NCBI GenBank assembly: GCA_043228905.1
Contig: JBHGNT010000018.1
Location: forward strand, 7,936,001 to 8,000,000
Reading direction: 5' to 3'
Length of the DNA stretch: 64,000 nucleotides
Origin: Azolla caroliniana
Taxonomy: Eukaryota > Plantae > Polypodiophyta
In this document: positions 25,088 to 36,485 of the stretch, one piece after another
Layout: each line of letters opens with the position of its first letter
How positions within the stretch are numbered: the first letter of the stretch is position 1
Notes under the pieces: generated by a model
What the model was told of the DNA's origin: nothing
Seen by the model: the letters and a program-made list of their open reading frames with translations, nothing else
Database searches by the model: none
Translations under genes and position numbers: made by a program

Positions 25088-25847
25088 TGATAAGAACTGC
25101 ACACTCTGTATACGCAACGCTCGGCCACAACCGAGCTTAGAATCATACACAGAAAACGGGAAATAATGAACAACACGAAGAAGAGACGATTACGCATGAT
25201 GTTTACGTGGAAACCCCAAACTAAGGGAAAAACCACGACAGCTCACAGGCTGCAAACTATCACTATGTTAGAATGTACAACAATGAGTTCACGGAGGCAA
25301 CGACCTCGTGCTCACGATCCTCGCCACAGGCGGCGGTTACAACAGAGGCAACGATATCTTTCTCTCTCTCTCTCTCTGTACACAGTTACGCGCTCTCTCT
25401 CTCCTTGCACCAACAAGAATGACAACACACACAACTAAAAGTTTGCCCTAAGTCATATGTATACTAATATGACTTTTCGGCTATTTACAAATATAGCCAT
25501 GATGGACTCTCAGAAAAAAAACATATTTACGAATATGTCTCTTCATCCGGTGAGCACTCCTCACCGGGTCTGCACCATCCGGCTCTCCGTAGCCGGGTAC
25601 TCCTCATCCGGTTCTCACCGGATCTGCACCATCCGGCTCTCCGTAGCCGGGTACTCCTCATCCGGTTCTCACCGGGTCTGCACCACCCGGCTCTTCGTAG
25701 CCAGGCACTCCTCATCCGGTTCTCACTAGATCTGCATCATCCGGCTCTCCGTAGCCGGGTACTCCTGATCCGGATTCGGCCTCGGCCGAGTTTGCTTATC
25801 AACACTGTTCTTCTCCCTTCCTATCCGGAGGGACCTGTCTCCCAACA
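25088..25847 (-). repeat. Copia 5' LTR
   Basis: TG...CA ends; adjacent to the PBS. Confidence 0.95.
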
Positions 25848-25916
25848 CTAGGAAGGGGTCGAACATTCGGCCTTTTGCTTAGGAAACAAACGCTCTATCC
25901 ACTGAGCTACAAGTGC
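25848..25916 (-). pseudogene. tRNA-Arg(CCU) copy split by a Copia insertion (3' end at 20297-20305)
   Basis: cgca-ctagg precedes the element and ctagg-aaggggtc follows it. Confidence 0.9.
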
Positions 25917-26109
25917 GAAATGCTTGCTCCAAAAAAAAGGGTCGATGATCCTATTAATTCGTCTAATTACTAATAAATGCATAGGAGACCATAAATGTGG
26001 AGTATTTTAGTATTGTTACGTAGATGAGATTGGTTAAACCTCGATCTTCAACACATAAATGAATTCCAGTCTTCTGAACCAAAATGACATATCTGATCAT
26101 TATTTCATT

Positions 26110-26182
26110 CGCACTAGGGAGGGTTTGAACCTTCGGCCTTCTGCTTAGGAAACAAACGCTCTATCCACTGAGCTACAACTGC
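26110..26182 (-). pseudogene. tRNA-Arg(CCU) degenerate copy
   Basis: T-arm and acceptor changes. Confidence 0.7.
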
Positions 26183-26728
26183 GAAATGCTTGCTTCGAAA
26201 GAAAGAGTCGATGATCCTATTAATTCTTTTAATTACTAATAAAGTCATCTGAGTTGACGTATTTATAATCAATTTATGTGACCTACTTAATTAAAGCCCA
26301 CGAATGAATCATCGTCATCGATTTTTGAGGAAGTAAACCCTTAATGCATAATACAGAAGTAGAGTTTTGCATTTGTTAGGTCCTACAACTACTTATAGTT
26401 TGTGAAAATGTGATTTGACTATACGACATGATAAATGTGGAGTGAAATGCGAAATACCTCATTCATTTTGGTTACTTGGGACCTATTACACTGTGACCTT
26501 TTGCTTTTATGGTAAACCATTAATGTGTAATACAACACTAGAGTTTTTGCATTTGTTGGGTCCTAGTACCGCTCATAGTTTTTGAAATTTTGATTTGACT
26601 ATACGAGACCATAAATGTGGAGTATATTAGTATTGTTAAGCACATGAGACTGGTTAAACCTCGATCTTTGACATATAAACCAATTCTAGTCCTGGAACCC
26701 AAATGACATTTCTGATCATTATTTAAAT

Positions 26729-26801
26729 TGCACTAGGAAGGGGTCGAACATTCGGCCTTCTGCTTAGGAAACATACTCTCTACCCATTGAGCTACAAGTG
26801 C
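26729..26801 (-). pseudogene. tRNA-Arg(CCU) degenerate copy
   Basis: Several changes. Confidence 0.7.
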
Positions 26802-27261
26802 GGAATGCTTGCTCTGAAAGACAGAGTGCATGATCCTATTAATTGTTGTTTTCACTAATAAATGCATCTCAGTTGACGTATTTATAATCAATTTATGTGA
26901 ACTGTTTTATTAAAGCTCACAATAGAATCCTCGTAATCTATATGTGAGTAAGTATTGAAAATCTATAGGAGTGTCTAAATGCGAAATACCTTATTCATTT
27001 TGGTTACTTGCAGCCCATCACACTATGACTTTTTGCTTCCATGGTAAACCCTTACACTGCATAATACCGAAGTAGAGTTTTGCATTTGTTGGGTCCTAGA
27101 ACCACTTATAGTTTGTGAAATTTAGATTTCATTATACGAGACCATAAATGTGGAGTATCTTAGTATTATTACGCACATGAGATTGGTTAAACCACGATCT
27201 TCGACACATACACCAATTCTAGTTTTGTGAACCAAATCACATTTCTCATCATTATTTAAAT

Positions 27262-27334
27262 CGCACAAGGAAGGGGTGAAACCTTCGGCGTTCTACTTAG
27301 GAAACAAACGCTCTATCCTCTCAGCTAGAAGTGC
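27262..27334 (-). pseudogene. tRNA-Arg(CCU) degenerate copy
   Basis: T-loop and D-arm mutated. Confidence 0.75.
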
Positions 27335-27794
27335 AAAATCTTTGGTCCAAAGGAAATGGTCGACAATCCTATTGATTCTTCTAATTACAAATAAATGCAT
27401 TTGAGTTAATAAATTTATAATCAATTTATATGAACTACATAATTAAAGCTCACAAATGAATCATTGGAATCGATTTTTGAGGAAGTATTGAAACTCTATA
27501 TGAGTGTCTAAATGTGAAATACCTCATTCATTTTGTTTACTTGGGACCCATTACATTGAGCCATTTTTCTTTCATGGTTAACCCTTAATGCATAATACAA
27601 CAATATTTTTCTGCGTTTGCTGGGTCCTTACAACCACTTATAGTTTGTGAAAATTTGATTTCAGTGTACCAGACCAAAAATTTGGAGTATCTTAATATTG
27701 TTACGCACATGAAATTGGTTAAACCTCGATCTTCGACATATAAAGCAATTCCAGTCTTGTGAACCCAAATTACATTTCTGATCATTATTTAAAT

Positions 27795-27867
27795 CGCACT
27801 AGGAAGGGGTCAAACATTCGGCGTTCTGCTTAGGAAACAGGTGCTCTATCCACTGAGCTACAAGTGC
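27795..27867 (-). pseudogene. tRNA-Arg(CCU) degenerate copy
   Basis: C56>T and other changes. Confidence 0.7.
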
Positions 27868-28051
27868 GAAATCCTTGATCCAAAACAAAGGGTTGATGAT
27901 ACTATTAATTCTTCTAATGACTAAGAAATGGATCCGAGTTGACGAATTTATAATTAATTTATGCGAACTCCTTAATTAAACCTCGATCTTTGGCACATAA
28001 ACGAACTCCAGTGTTGTCAACCCAAATGACATTTCTGATCATTATTTCAAT

Positions 28052-28124
28052 CGTACTAGGAAGGGGTCGAACCTTTGGCCTTCTGCTTAGGAAACAAATG
28101 CTCTATCCATTGAGCTACAAGTTC
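28052..28124 (-). pseudogene. tRNA-Arg(CCU) degenerate copy
   Basis: Acceptor and T-stem changes. Confidence 0.7.
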
Positions 28125-28583
28125 GAAATCCTTGCTCCAATGGAAAGGGTCAATAGTCCTATTAATTCTTCTAATTACAAAAAAATGTATCTGAGTTAAA
28201 AAAATTATAGTCAATTTATATGAACTTCGTAATTAAAGCTCATAAATGGATCATCGTAATCGGTTTTTGAAGAAGTACTGAAAATCTATATGAGTGTCTA
28301 AATACGAAATACCTCATTCATTTTGGTTACTTGGGACCCTTCAGACTATGGATTTTTGCTTCCATTGTAAAGCCTTCATCCATAATATAACAATAGAGTT
28401 TTGCATTTGTTGGGTCCTAGAACCCCTTATAGTTTATGAAATTTTGATTTCACTATACCAGACCCTAAATGTGGAGTATCCTAGTATTGTTACGCACATG
28501 ATACGGGTGAAACCTCAATCTTCGACACATAAACAGATTCCAGTCTTGTGAATCCAAATGACATTTCTGATCATTATTTCAAT

Positions 28584-28656
28584 TGCACAAGGAAGGGGTC
28601 GAACCTTCAGCCTTCTGCTTACGAAACAGACGCTGTATCGACTGAGTTACAAGTGC
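28584..28656 (-). pseudogene. tRNA-Arg-derived copy with anticodon CGT
   Basis: Plus strand reads gcttacgaaac; D-arm mutated. Confidence 0.7.
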
Positions 28657-29100
28657 GAAATCCTTGGTCAATAATGTAATGAATTTTTATAATTAATAAT
28701 AAATGCATCTGAGTTACCGAATTTATAATCAATTTGTGTGTACTGCTTAATTAAAGCTCATAAATGAATCATCGTAATCAATTTTTGAGGTAGTACTGAA
28801 AATCTATATGAGTGTGTAAATGGGAAATACCTCATTCATTTTGGTTCTTGGGACCCATCACACTATGACTTTTTGCTTCCATTGTAAACCCTTAATGCAT
28901 AATACAACACTCGAGTTTTGCATTTGTTGGGTCCTAGAACCACTTCTAGTTTGTGAAATTTTGATCTCACTACACGAGACCATAAATGTGGAGTATCTTA
29001 GTATTATTACACACATGAGATTGGTTAAACCTCGATCTTCGACACATAAACCAATTCCAGTCTTGTGAACCCAAATGACATTTCTCATCATTATTTCAAT

Positions 29101-29173
29101 CGCACTAGGAACGGGTCGAACCTTCGGCCTTGTGCTTAGGAAAGAGACGCTCTATCTATAGAGCTACAAGTGC
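29101..29173 (-). pseudogene. tRNA-Arg(CCU) degenerate copy
   Basis: D-loop and stems mutated. Confidence 0.7.
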
Positions 29174-29633
29174 GAAATCCTTGCTTCAAAATAAAGGGTC
29201 GATGGTCCTATTAATTCCTCTAATTACTAATTATTGCATTTCAGTTGATGAATTTATAATCAATTTATATGAACTACGTAATTAAAGCTCACAAATGAAT
29301 CATTGTAATCGATTTTTGAGGAAGTATTGAAACTCTATATGAGTATCTAAATGTGAAATACCTCATTCATTTCCTTTACTTGGGACCCATTACACTGAGA
29401 CATTTTGCTTTCATGGTTAACCCTTAATGCATAATACAACAATATCTTTCTGCGTTTGGTGGGTCCTTACAACCACTTATAGTTTGTGAAAATTTGATTT
29501 TAGTATACCAGACTAGAAATTTGGAATATCTTAATATTGTTACGCACATGACATTGGTTAAACCTCGATCTTCGACATATAAACCAATTCTAGTCTTGTG
29601 AACCCAAATGAAATTTCTGATCATTATTTGAAT

Positions 29634-29706
29634 TGCACTAGGAAATGGTCAAACCTTCGGCGTTCTGCTTAGGAAACAGGCGCTCTATCCACTGAGCTAC
29701 AAGTGC
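29634..29706 (-). pseudogene. tRNA-Arg(CCU) degenerate copy
   Basis: T-arm mutated. Confidence 0.7.
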
Positions 29707-29890
29707 GAAATCCTTGCTGCAAAACAAAGGGTTGATGATACTATTAATTCTTCTAATTACTAATAAATGGATCTGAGTTGACGAATTTATAATTAATTTA
29801 TGTGAACTACTTAATTAAACCTCCATATTCGGCACATAAACCAATCCCAGTGTTGTCTACCCAAATGACATTTCTGATCATTATTTCAAT

Positions 29891-29963
29891 CGCACTAGGA
29901 AGGGGTCGAACCTTTGGCCTTCTGCTTAGGAAACAAACGCTCTATCCACTGAGCTACAAGTGT
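29891..29963 (-). pseudogene. tRNA-Arg(CCU) copy
   Basis: Three transitions; A and B boxes intact. Confidence 0.6.
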
Positions 29964-30422
29964 GAAATCCTTCCTCCAATGGAAAGGGTCGACAATCCTA
30001 TTAATTCTTCTAATTACAAACAAATGCATATGAGTTCAAAAATTTATAGTCAATTTATATGAACTGCGTAATTAAAGCTCATAAATGGATCATCATAATC
30101 GATTTTTGAAGAAGTACTGAAAATCTATATGAGTGTCTAAATACGAAATATCTCATTCATTTTGGTTACTTGGGACCAATCATACTATGACTTTTTGCTT
30201 CGATTGTAAACCCTTAATGCGAAATACAACACCAGACTTTTGCATTTGTTGGGTTGTAGAACCCCTTATAGTTTGTGAAATCTCGATTTCACTATACCAG
30301 ACCCTAAATGTGGAGTATCCTAGTATTGTTACGCACATGATATGGGTTAAACCTCAATCTTCGACACATAAACAGATTCCAGTCTTGTGAACCCAAGTGA
30401 CATTTCTGATCATTATTTCAAT

Positions 30423-30490
30423 CGCACAAGGGGTCAACCTTCAGCCTTCTGCTTAGGAAACAAACTCTCTATCCACTGAGCTACAAGTGC
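30423..30490 (-). pseudogene. tRNA-Arg(CCU) copy with deletions
   Basis: 5 nt missing from the acceptor and T arm. Confidence 0.8.
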
Positions 30491-30935
30491 GAAATCCTTG
30501 GTCGATAATCTTATCAATGATTATTATTATTAATAAATGCATTTGAGTTACCGAATTTATAATCAATTTGTGTGAACTGCTTAATTAAAGCTCATAACTG
30601 AATCATCATAAACAATTTTTGAGGAAGTACTGAAAATCTATATGAGTGTGTAAATGTGAAATACCTCATTTATTTTGGTTACTTGGGACCCATGAGACTA
30701 TAACTTTTTGCTTCCATTGTAAACCCTTCATACATAATACAACACTATAGTTTTGCATTTGTTGGGTCCTAGAACCACTTATAGTTTGTGAAATTTTTAT
30801 TTCACTATACGAGACCATAAATGTGGAGTATCTTAGTATTATTACGCACATGAGATTGATTAAACCTCGATCTTCGACACATAAACCAATTCCAGTCTTG
30901 TGAACCCAAATGACATTTCTCATCATTATTTCAAT

Positions 30936-31008
30936 CGCACTAGGAACGGGTCGAACCTTCGTCCTTCTGCTTAGGATGGAGACGCTCTATCTACTGAGGT
31001 ACAAGTGC
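30936..31008 (-). pseudogene. tRNA-Arg(CCU) degenerate copy
   Basis: Many changes. Confidence 0.75.
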
Positions 31009-31454
31009 GAAATCCTTGCTTCAAAATAAAGGGTTGATGGTTCTATTAATTCTTCTAATTAATGCATTTCAGTTGATGAATTTATAATCAATTTGTGTGA
31101 ACTGCTTAATTAAAGCTCACAAATGAATCATCGTAATCGATTTTTGAGGATGTACTAAAAATCTATATGAGTGTGTAAATGCAAAATACCTCATTCATTT
31201 TGGTTACTAGGGACCCATCACACTATGACTGTTTGCTTCCACGGTAAACCCTTAATGCATAATACCACAGTAGAGTTTTGCATTTGTTGGGTTCAAGAAC
31301 CGGTTATACTTTGTGAAAAATTGATTTTACTATACGAGACCATAGAGTATCTTAGTATTGTTACGTACATGAGATTGTATAAACCTCGATGTTGGACACA
31401 TAAAGTAATTGCAGTCTTGTGAACCCAAATGACATTTCTGATCATTATTTGAAT

Positions 31455-31527
31455 CGCACAAGGAAGGGGTCGAACCTTCGGCCTTTTGCTTAGGAAACAG
31501 ACGCTCTATTTACTGAGCTAGAAGTGC
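31455..31527 (-). pseudogene. tRNA-Arg(CCU) degenerate copy
   Basis: D-loop GG>AA. Confidence 0.75.
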
Positions 31528-31986
31528 GAAATCCTTGCTCCAAAAGAAAGGGTCGATGATCCTATTAATTATTCTAATTACTAATAAATGAATTTGAGTT
31601 GATGAATTTATAATCAATTTATGTGAACTGCTTAATTAAAGCTCACAAATGAATCATTGTAATCGATTTTTGAGGAAGTACTGAAAATCTATATGAGTGG
31701 CTAAATGCGAAATACCTCATTCATTTTGGTTACTTGGGACCCATCACACTGTGATTTTTTGCTTTCATGGTAAACCCTTAATGCATAATACAACAGTAGA
31801 GTTTTGCATTTGTTGGGTTCTAGAACCACTTATAGTTTGTGAAAATTTGATTTTAGTATACGAGACCATAAACGTGGAGTATCTTAGTATTGTTACGCAC
31901 ATGAGATTGGTTAAACCTCGATGTTTGACACATAAACCAATTCCAGTCTTGTGAACCCAAATGACACTTCTGATCATTATTTCAAT

Positions 31987-32059
31987 CGCACTAGGAACCG
32001 GTCGAACCTTCGGCCTTCTGCTTAGGAAAGAGACGCTCTATCCATTGACTTACAAGTGC
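31987..32059 (-). pseudogene. tRNA-Arg(CCU) degenerate copy
   Basis: T-stem and D-stem mutated. Confidence 0.75.
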
Positions 32060-33002
32060 AAAATTCCTTGTCGAAAGGAAAGGGTCGACGATCCCTATTA
32101 ATTCTTCTAATTACTAATAAATGGATTTGAGTTGATGAATTTATAATCAATTTATGTGAATTGGTTAATTAAAGCTCACAAATGAATCATCATTATTGAT
32201 TTTTGAGGAAGTACTGAAACTCTATATGAGTGTCTAAATGCGAAATACCTCATTCATTTTGGTTACTTGGGACCCATCACACTATGACTTTTTGCTTCCA
32301 TGGTAAACCCTTAATGCATAATACAACAGTAGAGTTTTGCATTTGTTGGGTCCTAGAACCACTTATAGTTTGTGAAATTTTTATTTCACTATACGAGAAA
32401 CACCTTTGCGTTCACAAGTGGAAGGATTGTGCATTCCATTTATAGATTCCTTTTAGAATCTTGCGATTTTAGACAATTTCCAAAATCTTGATACATCAGT
32501 ATGACATGTTTGAAATAACATGTAAAATTTGCTAATTTTTTGCGATTTAACAAGTTTCAAAATGATAATTTCAAAATTTGAATAGTTTTTCAATAAATGT
32601 TTAAATGTTGATGGTTTGTAGATATGAAATGTGGTTAACTTAAAGAAAATCACAATGATCAACTCAAGGTAAAAGTTAAGATTAATGGTTTCAACATCTT
32701 GAGGAAATTAAGATTACATCTATTGTTAGATTTGAAAATGTTTTAAGTATAAAAGGTCACATTGCAATCCTTAATGTCATCATCTATAAATTAGTGCTCA
32801 TTAACATCCATAAATTCACAACTCAAGAAATGTAGACAATATTCATAAATAATTTTGATAAATCCACAACTCCTAAAATGTAGACGAAATTCATAAACTG
32901 TCAAACTTTAGATGTGAACATTAATATATCAATTTGAACATAACACATAGTTATCAAGGTATCTACAATGTTCTCCTCTTCTTCCTTAAAAGAATTCCCC
33001 TA

Positions 33003-34196
33003 CAAAATTTGTGAAGTAAATGGCATTTGCGAAGTTCAATTACCGTCAATACAGTTATTAATGGTTTTTTTCTAATAAATGAAGCACATGTTTACCATAA
33101 GGTATCTTGTTGTGCAAGATACATCTTTAAAAAACCTCTTTTATTTGAAAAACAACACGAGTTTTAAACATGAACACGATCTGTTGTATTGAGTGGATGT
33201 AAAAAATAGAGTTTTCATCATAATTCCATACAATATATTGAATTCATTTTCAAAGTTTTTTTACCGGATTTAAAAAATAATAATAATAATAAATTAAGCT
33301 TGAGATGATAGAAAAACCAGATTTTTCATAAGAATTCGATACAATGTATCGAGTTCATGTATAAAGTAATTTTTTCTAATTTTTTTGATTTTTTTCAATT
33401 TTTTGATTTATTTATATTTTTTATGGAAAAGATAATAATTTTAAACATGAATTCGATACATTGTATCGACTTGTGCTAAAAAGTCTGGTTTTTTCATCAC
33501 TTATTAAAGCTCAATTTTTAAAATAAAATAAAAACAAAATACCAAAATAAAATAGAAAAAAATGTAATTATTTTTTAAAAATAATCCAAAATAAAACTTT
33601 AAAGATGAACCCGATACGCCGTATCGAGTTCGTGTAGAAAAGTTGGCTTTTTAACACGAACTCGATACAATGTATCGAGTTCGTGTTGAAAAAACAGAGT
33701 TTTAAACATTTGAAAAAAAAATTGAAAAACAAATTGAAAACAAACTGAAAAATTTACTTTAAACATAAACTTGATACATTGTTACATCGAATTCTGATGA
33801 AAAATCTAGTTTTTCTATTATCTCAAGCTTAATTTATTATTAGGATGATTCTTTAAATACGGTAAAAAAAACTTTGAGCAAGAATTCAATACATTGTATG
33901 GATTTATGATGAAAACTCTATTTTTTACATCAACTTGATACAACATATCGAGTTAATGTTTAAAATCTTGTTGTTTTTCAAATAAAAGAGGTTTTTTAAA
34001 CATGAACTTGAATCGTACTAAAATCTTTGTTTTTACAAGAGAAAAAGATGCATATTGATAGTGCAAACAAGTATGTTGTACAATAAGATACTTTATGGTG
34101 AACATGTGCATCCTTGATTAACAAAAAACTTTTAATAATTGTGTTGATGGTAATTGAACCTTGCAAATGCCATTTACACGTTTCATAAAGTGTTTG
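33003..34196. mobile_element. Foldback/MITE-like element with long imperfect inverted arms
   Basis: 33003-~33400 is the reverse complement of ~33715-34196 (for example gtaaatggcatttgc / gcaaatgccatttac). Internal palindromes of the type tcgatacaatgtatcga. Confidence 0.75.
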
Positions 34197-34793
34197 CATG
34201 GCTCTCAATCACTACTTAATGTTGATCTTTATAGTTGGAACGAAGGATGACAACACAAGCATAACCCAGGTGACAAGGAAACTTGCAAGAAGTCAAGGTG
34301 GGGATATTAATAGCTACACATGTAGATGGCTATGACCTAGGGTACCAATTCTGCATTGGTAAAGTTTTGGACGTGATGATGCATTAAACCTTTGTAATAC
34401 ATCTATCATTGACATTAATGAGGTGGATATCATTATGTATGACTTTACACAGACAAAAGTTGGATGTTTAAGGACAACAATGATATACATAATAAAAGAG
34501 ATATTAGCAAGTGGAGAAGATATCTCAAATTGAAGGCGAAGAAGATTGATTGCACACAATTTGGAGATACCATTTGATTGGTACATTGGAAGATGAGGAG
34601 AAAGAGTCACAATTGTAAATTATCTATAGTAGTGATTCTCATCAAAAGAATGATGATATTCATGCAAATAACTCCCAAATGTATTTGTTGTGCAACTATA
34701 TGTAACAAATTTAGACAACATTTATAATGAATTTATGTCAACTTCTTAATTAAAGCTCACAAATGAATCATCGTAATCGATTTTTGAGAAAGT

Positions 34794-36031
34794 ATGACCA
34801 CAAAAACGCTTACGTGAGATTCTATTTTCCCCATCCCCCGAGAATACTGCTACAAATACTAAGGTATCCACATCCAATACTTCTTTTGCTTCCAAACACT
34901 TACAAGATTACAAGGCTAAGCTTTTTTAGAGTTTAAACATATATTTTAGCGTAAAAAGCAAGCTTCTCACACACTCATGAGAATCTCAAACCTACACTCA
35001 CATGAAATAATCCCAAGAAGTTTGAAGAATGAAGCCCCCAAGCTTAAATTGGATAATGAAGAAATTAATATGAGCCTCCATAATGAGTTCTCAGCCCTAA
35101 CTACCCAAAATAATAGAGACCTTACAAGAACTTATATTAAACATTTAGACATGTTAGTACACTCGTACACTAAATTAATAGATGATTTTCCAAATAAGAT
35201 TAGATCTGATCTCAGCCATTTTACTGATATATTACAAGATCCTACCCATCTTAATACAGTATCTAATCATATAGACCTAGAGTTATATTTAGAAACTATG
35301 AAGAGCTGGCTTGAGGATTTCGCTTTAAGAATACTTAGTGCATGTGAGGAATTTGTTGTTAACCACAATATAGATCAAACTTTAAAAAAAAATAGCCACA
35401 AGATCAAGAAATAGCCTACAAACAAATAATGACTATGAGGATCCTCATCATTTAGATAAACCAGTGAACATTAGAGAAATAGATGTTACAATGAGTGACA
35501 GGGATGAAGAAGATAATGATGAAGTATTTAGTGACAGAGATGAAGAAGATAGCGATGAAGTCTTTTATAACAGTCCATCCTACATTACTCTTGAAGAAAT
35601 AGGTCTTAAAAATTTGAAAAAAATAGCTTCTAATACTAACAATAATAATGACCCTAATCTAAAAAAGAATCTAAATTTCAGATCGAACCCTAACCCTAAC
35701 CCTAACCCCAAGCCCAACCCTAACCCTAACCCTAACCCTAACCCTAACAATAATAAACAATCTAGTGCCCATATTAACTCCAACAACCATCAACAACCAC
35801 CACGACGACATCAACAAAGAACTGGTAGCATCCTCTACACTTGTAACACAACCACAAATGAGGTGATTCAATCTCATAACCCATTTACCCACTCTAATGT
35901 CCCCATAGTACAATTTATTAATCCCTACACATGCCATAATAGCTCTGAGCTTCGACACCCAATTCAGTCGCATAATATATCCACTTCAGTAGCTCCCTCT
36001 ATCCAACCACATCCACCTATGGTAGGTGATG
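34794..36031 (+). pseudogene. PLE-A ORF1, 5'-truncated (IIPRSL domain, acidic and N/P-rich tract)
   Basis: ORFs 34977-35414 and 35464-36045; homologous to 57615-57976 and 58812-59374. Confidence 0.7.
35686..35748 (+). repeat. (AACCCT)n tract of about 10 units, encoding Asn-Pro repeats
   Basis: aaccctaaccct... with one cccaagccc variant. Confidence 0.9.
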
Positions 36032-36485
36032 TATTAGAGACATAGACTAATGCAAGCATTAGATAAGGATAGAATATAGATCTAGATAGAAAGGAGAGAG
36101 AGAAAGAAGGGTGTCGATCCACCCGACCACCCCCGAGCGAAGGGATCGAGACGGACTCAAGCCTCGATCGGCATCCCATACCACCGTCGTGGTGTCAAGT
36201 CGTACCTGGTGCTGGCGCTCTCGCTACAAGAGTTGAACCACCACAAGATAGAGTCTCGACGTAGTCAACAAGATAATCAAATGAGGGTAGCTAGGCCTCT
36301 TATTTATAGCGATACCCAAGGCCCCCAGCCATGTTCACACTTGGCCCAATGGGTGTTCTCAATCCCGAGGATTAAAAGTAATCCTGCCCTTCTTTACACT
36401 CTCGTTTAACCCTCACACTTATCCACGTGTATAGAATACTATGGTAATTCTCACCACGGGATATTATATGGTCATGCCCATAATA
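36032..36485 (-). repeat. Chromovirus 3' LTR
   Basis: Direct repeat of 42104-42558; PPT adjacent. Confidence 0.92.

Larger units (their letters stand above)
20306..25847 (-). mobile_element. Full-length decayed Ty1/Copia element (Tnt1/Tork-like) inserted in a tRNA copy
   Basis: LTRs at 20306-21066 and 25088-25847, TSD CTAGG, PBS TGGTATCAGAGC, PPT; order gag (CCHC knuckle), PR (VVDSGAS), IN, RT (YVDD), RH; frameshifted. Confidence 0.97.
25848..32398 (-). repeat. tRNA-Arg(CCU) array, block 2b, containing a 1839-bp 4-mer higher-order repeat
   Basis: 13 copies from 26110 to 31987. Start offsets 27262/29101, 27795/29634, 28052/29891 and 28584/30423 are all 1839. Confidence 0.95.

Noticed and set aside
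31520-31716. Ancestral ~178-bp trimer within the 532-bp monomer (tgcgaaat recurs about 181 bp apart)
   Set aside because: Only about 8-10 bp match and no third copy is visible, which is insufficient without an alignment.
1-32398. CRISPR array interpretation of the periodic 73-bp element
   Set aside because: The repeat is a tRNA, the spacers are homologous to each other, there are no cas genes and the context is eukaryotic.
629-32445. Family of repeated 60-150-aa ORFs (MAKCEIPHSFWLLG..., MIRNVIWVHKTG...)
   Set aside because: They are translations of the tRNA spacer and the antisense tRNA. Starts are mostly GTG/TTG, stops and frameshifts vary freely between monomers, and no domain is recognisable.
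35686-35748. True or interstitial telomere
   Set aside because: Only about 63 bp, in frame within ORF1, and not the usual plant heptamer; kept only as a finding.
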